A DNA stretch of 64,000 nt from Naegleria gruberi (taxonomy: Eukaryota), in assembly GCA_000004985.1 (NCBI GenBank), contig GG738854.1. One strand, 5' to 3'. A program made the position numbers and the translations under genes. Below the pieces are notes generated by a model, which worked only from the letters and a program-made list of their open reading frames with translations, did not search any database and was not told the origin of the DNA. Below, one piece after another: positions 34,001 to 44,163 of the stretch. Each line of letters begins with the position of its first letter. The stretch's first letter is position 1.

Positions 34001-36958
34001 CAAAAATATAGAAACATAGAATTAATAATTGAGGCCCAAACTAAATTATATTTGAACTTTTCATTAGGAAAATATACAACACCAAGCCAAGGTCATTCAC
34101 CTCACTTTTTGAAATATCAAGGATATCCAATACTAATTAGAAAGTATCAAGGACTTCTTGAAGATTTGTCTGATGATTCACAAAGAATCAGGTTGTTAAA
34201 TTTATTTGTTAGATTGATTGCTAGCCAGTTAGAACCTGAACCAGAAATTTCTTATAGAAACAAACTTTTATTTTTGACTTCTGGTGGTTTAATTTTCATT
34301 TCCGAATACATTATCAAGAATTCTGTTTGTAGAAATGATGAACAACTCATGATTAATACTTTGAGAGTTTTAGATTCTATAGCAGATATTTTAATGCCAC
34401 TCATATCTGAAGATGAAGAGGAAAAGTTAATTCCTATTAACTTCTTTGATATATTTGTACCTCTCCTCGACACGAAGTACATTGAAAGTCGTACTGAAGT
34501 TTCACTAAGAACCATCCATTGCATAAGAAAATACGTAAGGCATTTACAAAATGATAATAATCCAATGGAAAAGGTAACACTAGATCCAAAGATTGAACAT
34601 TCTGTCAAACTCATACATAACAGATGGCCACTTATACTTCAATTAATTAATGTTGGTTTCATTTTCAAATATAACGGTAATAGTAATACAACAGAAAATG
34701 ATGACCATACCTTTATCAAAACAATATGTATTACAGCTTTAGAGATTATTCACAATTTGCTTTCTCTTAAGATAAGGTCATCATTTGAAACTTTATTGGA
34801 AAAGTTGTTATTGAAGAATATGATTGAAACTTTAATGCAAATTGGAAAGAGAGGAGAATTGCCAATATTTGACAAGATTAAAACATTTGATGATTTTTAT
34901 AACTTGACAAGATCAGAAACTAATCATATCCTATTGGTTTGGAATGAAAATTTACGCAGTGAATTGCTTGAATTTATTGATTTAAACATTCATAAGAACA
35001 ATAAGGAATTAACAGGTCATATTGAAAAATTCTCCTATACTTGTCTCAAATCTGAAGGCATGTTTAAATTGCTAGATACAAATTTAGATATTTATCCTAC
35101 TTGCTTGATTAGTACATGGAAGGAAAGTAACTTGTTGAGTCTTTCTGAATTCTTGCAGAGTATTGTTGATCCTGCAATTTTAAATTCCACCAATTTGATT
35201 CAAAGTTTAATTACAAGTTTGCACTCCTTACTTGTTGTTGAATACCAACAAAAGATGATTACCAAGGAAACTCTCAGACCACTCGCTCAACAAATTACAC
35301 TTCTCAAGTTGATTGTTTGTCAAGACAGTTCAAAAAATCTTTCCTCAGAAACATCTGAACAAACTTTGATTTTCCTTAACACATCCTATCAACAAGTTAT
35401 TCTTCATATTTATCATTTACTAATTGGATATTTAGCTAATTTGACAAAAGATGAGGAGTTTATGGTAGAATCTGTTAATGATATTCTTGAAATTATTATT
35501 CGTATTTCAAAATTCTTCTCAAAATATTCTAACAAGATTGGAGAGGACAAGACCAAAGAATTTTATCAATTTATGGTTGCAACTATGCACAAGTTTATAA
35601 TTTACTATTATAAGGGATGTAATAATGATAATTCCTTGAAGGAGGAAGCATTATTGTTAAATATTTTTGATCATTTAATTACCTTCTTTAAAACACTAAC
35701 TGTTGGTACTACTCCAAATATTCAAACATATTGTGTCGGAAATGGATTATTACTCTCAGTATTACATGCATCTATCAAGGGAGGTATCCATCAAGTTCAA
35801 GCAGTTAGATTGAAATCAAGTTTATTGTTATCCACTCTGGTTAAACTTTCCATTCCTTCAGTTAATGAAGTTTTGGATCAAATGCTCTTCCCTTCATTTG
35901 CTTCATTGCTTGGTCAAGGACAATTAGAAGAATTTATCAAGCAATTTGATGAAGATGTTGTTAATCCTGAAGTTTGGTGGGATGGAAGAGACAGAGATTT
36001 GGTCAGAGAATATCTATCCGAACATATTAATCTTGCATCTGATTATTTCTTTATGGGAACACATTTAGAAGATTTTGCTTCCAATACTCAAAGCAAATTC
36101 AACGCAAACACAGAAAAGGGTTACAAACTTGGTAGTATTTATTTAACCAAGTTGAATGAAATGCCAACTTATCAATTTACTTTAATAACCAATCATCAAT
36201 TTATTGAAATGGTTGTTGAAAAACTTTCATCCCTTTGTGCTAAATATGAGGAAAGTAATATTAATAATACTGAAGAAAGAAAAACAATTTGGAAAACTGC
36301 CTATGCATTCATTCAAAATCATTCACTTTACAAGGATGTTAATTCAACAGAATTATCTTTAGAAGTTGAACAATCACTTCTTCTCCTACTTGAATTATTC
36401 TGCAGAGAATTAGTATACATTACTCAATCAGAGGAAAAGCATGACATGTTCGTGATTAATTTACTTTGTTTCTTGACTACTTTTGTTAAAAAGTATCCAA
36501 GTTCTTTCATTCAATTTTTGAATAATTTCTCTGATTTTACAACAATACTACTTCGTGTTGCTAATAACTATAGAAGTATTTTGAGATCTGTTATTCAAGT
36601 TATTTTGGATACTGTTGGAATTTTAACAAAAGAAAAAACAGGAATGTCCCAAGCACTCTATGAAAGTATTTTGGAACAAGTTGGTTCAGAGTTGAATATT
36701 GCCTATTTATTCTTATTTATTATGAATAAGGTTCAAGCTTCTCAATGTGTGGAAGTACTTATTTCAATTTCAAAGATTGATGATAATTTAGTTCCATATT
36801 TGAAAGAGAGTTGGTTCATTCCTGAAACATTCTTCACCTCATCAGAACATCTTTTAGAAAGTTTGGCAAATGTAAATGATGAATTTTGGAATGATGAAAA
36901 ACGAACCACTCTAACACAGAAATCTGAAGAAATTATTAAAAAGTTTGAAGCAAATTAA
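31017..36958 (+). CDS. Very large (~1950 aa) RME-8/DNAJC13-like IWN-repeat protein. It has an N-terminal MGxxxS myristoylation motif and no detectable J domain. Exons 31017..31690 and 31732..36958.
   Basis: It begins MGQSQGSLPP…. A 41-bp GTGAGT…tatag intron (phase 2) joins a 1738-aa ORF. There are four IWN-type repeats: LVWNQQMRDELVKVI, FLIWNGTHRSILKNSL, LLVWNENLRSELLEFI, PEVWWDGRDRDLVREYL. No HPD tripeptide or J-domain helix pattern occurs anywhere in the protein. Confidence 0.7.
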
Positions 36959-36998
36959 ATAAATATTCAATTTTATTTCATCTACTCTTGTTATCAAC

Positions 36999-38309
36999 TT
37001 AGTTTCTTAATAAATATATAAGCTTTCCAATAAATATTAATGTAATTGGGGAAAGAGCTAAATAGGAGAAATGTCCACAACTTATCAATGCTAAACTCAT
37101 TCCAAATGCCAGTTGAATAAACAACTCAGTCCTGTCTTTTGATTTACTATTTGATATTAAATTTGAAATAGATAGAACTGATAAACTGATAGAAAGTGGA
37201 ATAAAAGAAAGTAAATGCCCACTAAGCTTGAAAAGAGAAAGACTAAGAAAGGCACCAAACATTGGATCCGAAACTTTCTCAGTAATCGTGTAGAGACCAA
37301 ATACTGTATTAGATCCAGAAATGCCCAAGAATGCTAAAAAAGGATAAAATGAATAATAAATTACTGAGCTAGCAATTGATTCCCACTTTGTAAGTTCCAG
37401 CCCAATTATTTCATAAACGAAACTCCTCACAAATAGTAGAATAATTCTCCAAATGAATGCATATATCAAATAAATACAACTACTAAAAATGGATATGTCA
37501 ATTCTTCTTTTAGGTTCAATAATTATAAATCTCATTATCTTGATAGATTTGAAAATCATTAACAATACCATAATTACAATAAATCCTATAATTAATCCTT
37601 CCACTGGCCAAAATCCATAAGGCAACCACCACAAACCCATATCTAATGACCTTTGATCTTGTGGTGTGGAAGAAACCTTTCCAACAATTAATTGAGCACT
37701 CAATGAAAAGATTATGGCAATTGCAAATACCAATTTTTCACGATGGTAAGTGTAGAATCTATATTCCCAACTATGTATTTTCAAAATACTGTCAATTGGA
37801 TCCCATTGGGAATATTCTAAACATTCGACAAGTTTCTGTTTGGAATTTACATTTTCTCTCACCTCTTCAAAACCATCTGAAGTTCCTTCGTTGTTGTCTG
37901 CTATTTTTCTCCTATTAAATAGTGTCAAAAATAGTAACTGGCTCAGTAATGACATACTATTCGAAAGTGGATTTTTCCAAAACTTTCCAATCAAGTATCC
38001 TTTCCTAATTAATTCATCATCTGAATTAAATTTAATGAGTGAAGAGAAGAAATTTGGTGGTGTGGAATTCAACACCATCTCCATTCTCTTATTAATGTGA
38101 GATAGTTTAATAATTGAAAGAGGTGAATTAGTAGTGTAGGATATGATATGGAGTAGTAATTCATCGGGAAGTTGATCAACAAATAATTGTTGTTGATCGC
38201 CATTACATGAATGGACTGCTGTTAATGGTTGTAACATTTTTTTAAAGTGAACTTTGAGGCAATCAATCTGATATAGATTTTGTAAATTGCATTTTGTAAC
38301 AATTAACAT
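36999..38309 (-). CDS. F-box-like N-terminus followed by a multipass membrane domain (436 aa)
   Basis: It has ATG at 38307..38309 and an F-box-like motif LPDELLLHIISYTTNSPLSIIKLSHINKRMEMVL. The C-terminal half has several predicted TM helices. It is a single exon. Confidence 0.55.
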   Translation of the reverse strand: MLIVTKCNLQNLYQIDCLKVHFKKMLQPLTAVHSCNGDQQQLFVDQLPDELLLHIISYTTNSPLSIIKLSHINKRMEMVLNSTPPNFFSSLIKFNSDDELIRKGYLIGKFWKNPLSNSMSLLSQLLFLTLFNRRKIADNNEGTSDGFEEVRENVNSKQKLVECLEYSQWDPIDSILKIHSWEYRFYTYHREKLVFAIAIIFSLSAQLIVGKVSSTPQDQRSLDMGLWWLPYGFWPVEGLIIGFIVIMVLLMIFKSIKIMRFIIIEPKRRIDISIFSSCIYLIYAFIWRIILLFVRSFVYEIIGLELTKWESIASSVIYYSFYPFLAFLGISGSNTVFGLYTITEKVSDPMFGAFLSLSLFKLSGHLLSFIPLSISLSVLSISNLISNSKSKDRTELFIQLAFGMSLALISCGHFSYLALSPITLIFIGKLIYLLRN

Positions 38310-38369
38310 TTTTGTTGTACGTGTTGATATTGTTTACAATAAAATCCAACATAAAAAAAAAGGAATTAA

Positions 38370-38721
38370 ATGGGCCTATTCCAACAGAAGGAAGTTAAAA
38401 TTCTCTTCCTTGGTTAGGACGGTGCTGGTAAAACAACTGCCCTTTACAAGCTTAAATTAGACGAATCAATGGAAACAATTCCAACAACCATCGGATTCAA
38501 TGCCGAACTGATTCAATATAATAGAGATAAATTCACAATATTTGATGTTGGTTATATGGGCTAACAAACAAGATTTACCAAATGCAGTTGTTGATGTGGA
38601 TGAATTGACCAAAATTCTACAATTAAATTCCATTAAACAAACTTCATATATTCAACCATGCAGTGCTGTGCGTGGAACTGGTTTATATGAAGGACTCGAA
38701 TGGATATCCAACAATTTGTAA
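38370..38721 (+). pseudogene. ARF-family small GTPase pseudogene (in-frame TAG at 38415..38417 plus an internal deletion and frameshift)
   Basis: The sequence is [60 protein letters not shown], then in another frame [54 protein letters not shown]. It matches ARF1 from the myristoyl-Gly through the C-terminus. It lacks about 75 codons (switch II through the NKxD region) and has a premature stop in the P-loop. Confidence 0.7.
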
Positions 38722-38769
38722 TAAACTTTTGTAATAAAAACAAGCAACTTTGTGGCATAAAATTACAAC

Positions 38770-38842
38770 CGCCCCACGTGGGGCTCGAACCCACGACCGT
38801 TGGATTAAAAGTCCAACGCTCTACCGACTGAGCTAGCAGGGC
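38770..38842 (-). tRNA. tRNA-Lys (anticodon TTT)
   Basis: The reverse complement folds as a cloverleaf. The acceptor stem is GCCCTGC/GTGGGGC (two G-T pairs). The D arm is GCTC-AGTCGGTA-GAGC. The anticodon stem-loop is TTGGA-CTTTTAA-TCCAA. The T arm is GTGGG-TTCGAGC-CCCAC. T-rich tracts lie downstream on the coding strand. Confidence 0.85.
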
Positions 38843-39272
38843 TGCTCATTAATTACCACAACAAGTCAAATTTCCCATGCCAGATACTGTCACCTGCACT
38901 ATAAGATAAACATGGCTAGAAACCACAACCACTCCAATCTTTGAGGTAGTAACAATACCAGATAATAAAACAATTCCTGTTCCTTACAAAAACTACTAAT
39001 CTTTAGAAAATGTAAAAACAAGTCATGTTACAATTTCAATATGAATTCTTCTATTAAAGAGTATTAACTTCTAATAAAGTGTTAACACTCTTCTTTGACT
39101 AATTTCCTCATACTCAAAATCACTTCTAAAATGTTCGAGTCAATGTCAACCTGTCAAATAATTAAAATGAGCAACAAAGAACCAATCGGAACAATCTCAA
39201 ACATCCAATTTTAAACCAAAATCAAAAAAACATCTCAACATTGACCTTCTTCTCCTTCATCTAAAATACAAA

Positions 39273-40199
39273 ATGTCAAGTGGAATTAAAAAACTAGCAA
39301 ATTTTAGTCGTGTCAATGACATTGCAACAGATGTCAATGAATTTTTAACATTTTCATCAGGAAAATCATCATCCGATTCACAAAATCATAATTCAGTTAA
39401 TAATGATTGTAGAATATTGTTAAGAATTACATCATTTCAATTTTTACCAATTGAATTGGCATCTGACAGCGCAACAATTTCAAATCCTTTTTGTGGAAAT
39501 TGGAGAGTTAGAATTGAGTTAATTCACAATGAAAATAATGATGTGTTTGATAGTTTTTATTTTGATTTAAATGGATCTCTAGTTCAATCTCATTCTTCTA
39601 TTGAAAATGTTTTTACAAATAATAATTCTGTCAAACCATGTAAAATTGCCCTGTCAAGTGTCAATGGATCAAATTATGAAGTTTGCTCTAATTTATTTGA
39701 TATGATTTTTGAAGAAAAAATTACTTTATCATCAACTACACAACTTTCTCCCAGAAAAGAATTATATTATGCACTTTCGTATACTTTCCCATTTCCACAC
39801 TTTCTAATAGATAATTTATTCTTTAAAATTTCAATTTACACCGTCGAAAAACCATCCACTAAAAAACAACAGCAACAGCAACAAGAATTAGGAAATTCAC
39901 TTAACAATGTTGAAAATCTAGTTGCCTATTGTAAAACTGATGTCATTTCAACAATGTATCAACCTTTAAATACTACTTTTTTAAATAAGAAAATTAGAGT
40001 GAGAGCTGTTAAAAAGAAGAATAATATAACCTCTACAAATGCTTTATCATCTTTTAATACTACTATAAATGGAAATAATAATACTACCCTATCAAGTATG
40101 AATGGAATATCAAATGTTGCAGTGAATGGAATTGTTGCTAATGAAAAGGAACAAAAACCCAGATGTAATATTCAAGTTAAAGTTGAAAAATTTGTTTAA
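39273..40199 (+). CDS. Hypothetical protein (308 aa), no family recognised
   Basis: It is an ATG-initiated single ORF (MSSGIKKLANFSRVNDIATDV…) with poly-Q/N tracts. Confidence 0.5.
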   Translation: MSSGIKKLANFSRVNDIATDVNEFLTFSSGKSSSDSQNHNSVNNDCRILLRITSFQFLPIELASDSATISNPFCGNWRVRIELIHNENNDVFDSFYFDLNGSLVQSHSSIENVFTNNNSVKPCKIALSSVNGSNYEVCSNLFDMIFEEKITLSSTTQLSPRKELYYALSYTFPFPHFLIDNLFFKISIYTVEKPSTKKQQQQQQELGNSLNNVENLVAYCKTDVISTMYQPLNTTFLNKKIRVRAVKKKNNITSTNALSSFNTTINGNNNTTLSSMNGISNVAVNGIVANEKEQKPRCNIQVKVEKFV

Positions 40200-40651
40200 T
40201 TTATATTGAGAAATATTTAAATGTACATATTGTAAAATAAAAAACTGTGATGTGATCCAGTTGTGGAGTATTAAGAGAGATTTTAAAATAGAAACAAAAT
40301 AATCTATACAATAAGTACTCTATTTCAAATCTGAATTTGAATATAAATACACTTAAGGATTAAATCTGCCTTTACAGCAAATAAAAATCTAATAAACCGT
40401 TTACAAAACCAATTAAGGGCGGATATTATCACCTTAGAACTTGAACATTACGCTCGCAATTGATTGGTTTTTATGATGTAAGTGTAAGCAATTTGGTTAA
40501 ATACATTGTTCATTTAACACAGTTTTCACAATATACCAGTCATGTATTAATATGCTAAATGTGTTGAATATTGTCTGGTCGTTTGAATGAATTAATTGAT
40601 GAGCGGTATTTTGCTCATTAAATTACTGCTCCAAATATTATTAAAAAAAAT

Positions 40652-41224
40652 ATGAACAAATTCATCGCTTGTATTTTATTGCTTATTGCTGCCTTAGTCA
40701 GCGTTGAGGCTATGACCTTGAAGACTCAAGCTTCTTGTTATCAAGAGTAGGTATCATTATGATCATCACAATAACAATAATATTTATAAACTAGTTATGA
40801 TTATCCATTGTACAAACAGTGCGGACAACCTTGGAGCAACCAACTTACTGGCACTGATACTATCTGCAAGTCTGGCTGTTTGATGACCTCCATGTGTATG
40901 GCTTTGAACGGTCGTGGAAGATCATACATGAACCCAGGTGAATTTGCTAACTGGTTGAAGTCAAACGGTGGTTTCAGTGGTAATCTCTTTGTTTGGGGAA
41001 GTGTTTCTAGATTAGGTCTTTCTTATGCTGGTAAGGTTTCTGGAACTGCTGCCATTGCTGAAAAGCTCTGTTCTGGAAGTATTGTCATCCTTAACGTTCG
41101 TTATGGTGGTCACTGGGTTTTGGCAACTGGTTTCGATGGATATTCATTCGCTGTCAATGATCCAGGTTATTCCAAGATTTCATACCTTGCTTCTGAAGTT
41201 ACTCAAGCTGCTATTTACAATTAA
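40652..41224 (+). CDS. Secreted peptidase-C39-like (papain-fold, Peptidase_C39_2-type) protein with a signal peptide. Exons 40652..40746 and 40795..41224.
   Basis: The signal peptide is MNKFIACILLLIAALVSVEA. The first exon ends at a GTAGGT donor. A 48-bp intron (40747..40794, aactag acceptor, phase 2) gives …SCYQ-D-YDYPLYKQCGQPW…. The domain shows PLYKQ…GCLMTSMCMALNGRG (compare Q…GCExTSLAMVLNY) and GGHWVLATGFDGYSFAVNDPG (compare GHyvVvtGyd…DP). Codon usage is strongly biased (GGT/GCT/TCT, ~43% GC), like the Rieske gene, which suggests high expression. Confidence 0.6.
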
Positions 41225-41242
41225 ATTCACTTGATTAATTAT

Positions 41243-43987
41243 TTATTCATAATCAATTGTGAGTTGTCCCTTTTCAACCAATTCAATTTCTTTTTCGGTC
41301 AGTTCAGAAATTCTTTCACCTCTATTTCTTTCGAATCGATAAGGAACAATTCCAAGAGTACCATCAAATCTATTCTTCTTAACTTGTAAATATTTGTAAT
41401 GCTTATTTCTTTGAATCATGATAATATTGTCGGCTTCTTGTGTTGCCTTTGCAGAACCAAACACACTGGAAATTTGTAATTGTTCCTTTTCGTCAATCTT
41501 CTTTGGATGGACAACAAGCGTCACGTGTACAGATCTTGTAGTTGCAAACTTTCTCAACTTTTCAATTGCCTTATCTTGTAATTCAAATCTATTAGTATAT
41601 GATGCATCAGAGGTTGACATCATAAATTGTAAATTATCAATCACAATATGAGCAACATCATATACATAGACTGCATAGTCCATAGCATCCAATAATTCGT
41701 CAATATCTGTTGAACCATAAAAGTTCAAAAAGTACATTGGTAATTCTGAGAATTGTTCACTAATAATTTCAAAATCCCTCTTCAATTCTTCTGGAGAATA
41801 TTGTCTAGCTGGTTGATAGGTTGATTTTGGCTTGGATTTAGATTCCTTAGCTGGCTTCTTTGGAGCTGGTGGAGCCTCTTCACCTGCATACGACATTAAA
41901 CTCATTGGATCAGCATCATAACTGTCAAACATGCTTGCATCTGATTCATCTTCTTCCTTTGTTTGCTCTTCTTGTTGCTCTTCAATTTCTTTGATTTGAA
42001 GACTTTCTTGTTTTCTTTGCTCCTTTTCAAATGAATGGTTGGTAGCTAAATCTTTACCAGCCAATTGACACATCATCTTTTTGATAAGTCTGTGATTTCT
42101 AATTTCAAATGAACCCCACAGTGTTGGTACATTACCATATTTACAATAGTCCAATGAAAGTTGTGAAAGAACTGTTGTCTTACCAATACCAGTGGCACCT
42201 GTAATGATTGTTAATTCTCCTCTTCTGTGCCCCTTTAAGATCTTGTTCAGACCTGGGAAAAAGTGAGATTGAACTCCATTCACAACTTCTGATTTGTCAA
42301 AAAGTTCTCTATATACTTGTTGTTTAAATGTGTTGAATGTTAAAATTCTTTCATGTTGAATTGGTGCAGCCTCTTCTATCAATCTGTGGAAGTCAAGACC
42401 TGCAAGCAATGCTTCATTTGCATCCTTAATTTTCTTTTCATTGGTTTGTTCTATTGGGTCACCATACTCATCAACTACTTCCTTATAATTCGAGTGGACA
42501 ATATAACATCTGCCAACACCAAGTTTTTTGGAGAAGAGTTCAGCTCCTTGTTGACCTGGAACATCGTCATCCATCCACAAGTAAATCTTATCAAAATCTT
42601 CTAGCCATTGGACGACATCAACTGGAAGTGATCGACATCCATTTGGTAATGAAACAGCTGGAATACCAGTCTTTTGATAGACAGCCATAGCATCAAACTC
42701 TCCTTCTGTAATGATAATTGTCTTCAAATCCTTTGGATTCTTCTTTCCCAAATCTCCATCATTTGCTAATGTCTTTCCTTTCACATTACTTTGTGGGTTA
42801 GTAGTAGTAGTGGTAGTAGATGGCTTTTCATTCTTAAATTTAGAAGCAATCAAGTGCCATCCAAATAAACCCCAATTATTTGTTTGAGGAGGATCCAATT
42901 TCATACATGTCTTATCTTGGATAGCTCTTATTTTATGTCTGGATAAAAGAATGCCACTTTCATGAGATTTGGTTGGTTTGAACATTGGGAATGTGAAACA
43001 AAGCTCATTAACTCTTACAAGGTTTTCTGTCTCTTGTTCTGGATTTTCGATTACCTTTGAAAATGGGAATACTCCACATCCAACACCATACATTGCTGCT
43101 ACATCCTTCTTGATTCCTCTTACCTTTTCAAGATATTGAACTGCTTCTGGGAAATCTACTCCATCAAAGTTGCTTCTGTATGTTTCAAACTCCTTCTTTG
43201 TTGGTTTATCCCTCTTCTTTGGTAAATTAGTTGCTGATGTTTCATTGTTTTGCCCTCCTGCTTTTGGTTGATTGTTGGATACTGAATCTGAGTGAAGTGT
43301 TGAAATTGGTGAATCCTTATGGAAATTCATTTTAAAATCAAACCAAGAACCCTTAGCTCCACATCTGTGACACATATAAGCTCCACTAGCTCTGTGAATA
43401 TATAATTTCCATAAATTAGTGACCTTTCCTTTAGTATCATGGCAGAAAGGACATTCTTTTACAATAATTTCATTCATTACATTTCTAAAGCCCAATCCTT
43501 TTCTTGTTAAAAACTCTTGAATATCACTTTCGTTGATCTTGTAAAAATTAGAAACAAATGTATTAAAAGCATTGGAGTGATTTTGAAGTGGGTTATTTCT
43601 ATCTTCTGGAGTTTCCTCAAGTGTGTCGTCATATTCCTCTTCAAACTCTTCCTCTTGTTGTTGTTTTATATTTCTATTCGGTGCTATTGTTGATGATGCA
43701 TTGGTCATTACTTGTTGAATTTTAGCATTAGAAGTTGTGGTAGGCTTTGATTGTGTTGATGTGCTTGTTGCTGTGGTATTATTATTGGTGGCTGCTGGGG
43801 TAATCTTTTTAATTACTTTTGTGTAACTAAATTGTTGGCAACAATTGCAATTATGATGATAACATCTGTGTTGTTGAGAGTTGTTGATATTGTGCAAGTG
43901 TTGATGATGGCCTTGTTCGGAAGGTAAATATTTGCTTCTCGATGAGACAATAGAGTTTTTGAAAGCCTTTGAAACCAACTTTCTCAT
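41243..43987 (-). CDS. Twinkle-type mitochondrial DNA primase-helicase (T7 gp4-like) with intact zinc-finger, TOPRIM and DnaB-like helicase motifs
   Basis: It is a 914-aa single ORF with ATG at 43985..43987. The Zn ribbon is CPFCHDTKG…CHRCGAKG. The TOPRIM motif is IIITEGEFDAMAV…WMDDDVPG. Walker A is TGATGIGKTT and Walker B is HIVIDNLQFM. The N-terminus is low-complexity and presequence-like. Confidence 0.85.
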   Translation of the reverse strand: MRKLVSKAFKNSIVSSRSKYLPSEQGHHQHLHNINNSQQHRCYHHNCNCCQQFSYTKVIKKITPAATNNNTTATSTSTQSKPTTTSNAKIQQVMTNASSTIAPNRNIKQQQEEEFEEEYDDTLEETPEDRNNPLQNHSNAFNTFVSNFYKINESDIQEFLTRKGLGFRNVMNEIIVKECPFCHDTKGKVTNLWKLYIHRASGAYMCHRCGAKGSWFDFKMNFHKDSPISTLHSDSVSNNQPKAGGQNNETSATNLPKKRDKPTKKEFETYRSNFDGVDFPEAVQYLEKVRGIKKDVAAMYGVGCGVFPFSKVIENPEQETENLVRVNELCFTFPMFKPTKSHESGILLSRHKIRAIQDKTCMKLDPPQTNNWGLFGWHLIASKFKNEKPSTTTTTTNPQSNVKGKTLANDGDLGKKNPKDLKTIIITEGEFDAMAVYQKTGIPAVSLPNGCRSLPVDVVQWLEDFDKIYLWMDDDVPGQQGAELFSKKLGVGRCYIVHSNYKEVVDEYGDPIEQTNEKKIKDANEALLAGLDFHRLIEEAAPIQHERILTFNTFKQQVYRELFDKSEVVNGVQSHFFPGLNKILKGHRRGELTIITGATGIGKTTVLSQLSLDYCKYGNVPTLWGSFEIRNHRLIKKMMCQLAGKDLATNHSFEKEQRKQESLQIKEIEEQQEEQTKEEDESDASMFDSYDADPMSLMSYAGEEAPPAPKKPAKESKSKPKSTYQPARQYSPEELKRDFEIISEQFSELPMYFLNFYGSTDIDELLDAMDYAVYVYDVAHIVIDNLQFMMSTSDASYTNRFELQDKAIEKLRKFATTRSVHVTLVVHPKKIDEKEQLQISSVFGSAKATQEADNIIMIQRNKHYKYLQVKKNRFDGTLGIVPYRFERNRGERISELTEKEIELVEKGQLTIDYE

Positions 43988-44163
43988 TTTTTTGATTTAT
44001 TTTGATATTAACAAAATCATTCTTCTAATAGAAATCATTATCTTTTTCAAAGATATGAATGATTGAAATTTTGATTGAGGAAATATTTATGAAATTTGAA
44101 TCAGTTTTATTATAAAGTTCTATGTGTACAAGCCTCGAAAAACCTCCCTGGCTTTCAAAAGAT

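Noticed and set aside
38370-38721. ARF ORF as a functional gene with stop-codon reassignment or an intron
   Set aside because: All other genes in the window use TAG/TAA/TGA as stops. The missing 75 codons are deleted from the DNA (FDVG is directly followed by WANKQD), which an intron cannot explain.
39057-39092. Near-perfect inverted repeat aagagtattaac…gttaacactctt upstream of the 39273 gene
   Set aside because: It is a single 12-bp hairpin in intergenic DNA. It is plausible by chance in AT-rich sequence, and no flanking features suggest a mobile element or ncRNA.
40652-41224. Idea that the C39-like gene is a recent bacterial horizontal transfer
   Set aside because: It has a spliceosomal intron, a eukaryotic signal peptide and host-like highly expressed codon bias identical to the Rieske gene. 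Any transfer would be ancient and cannot be argued from composition.
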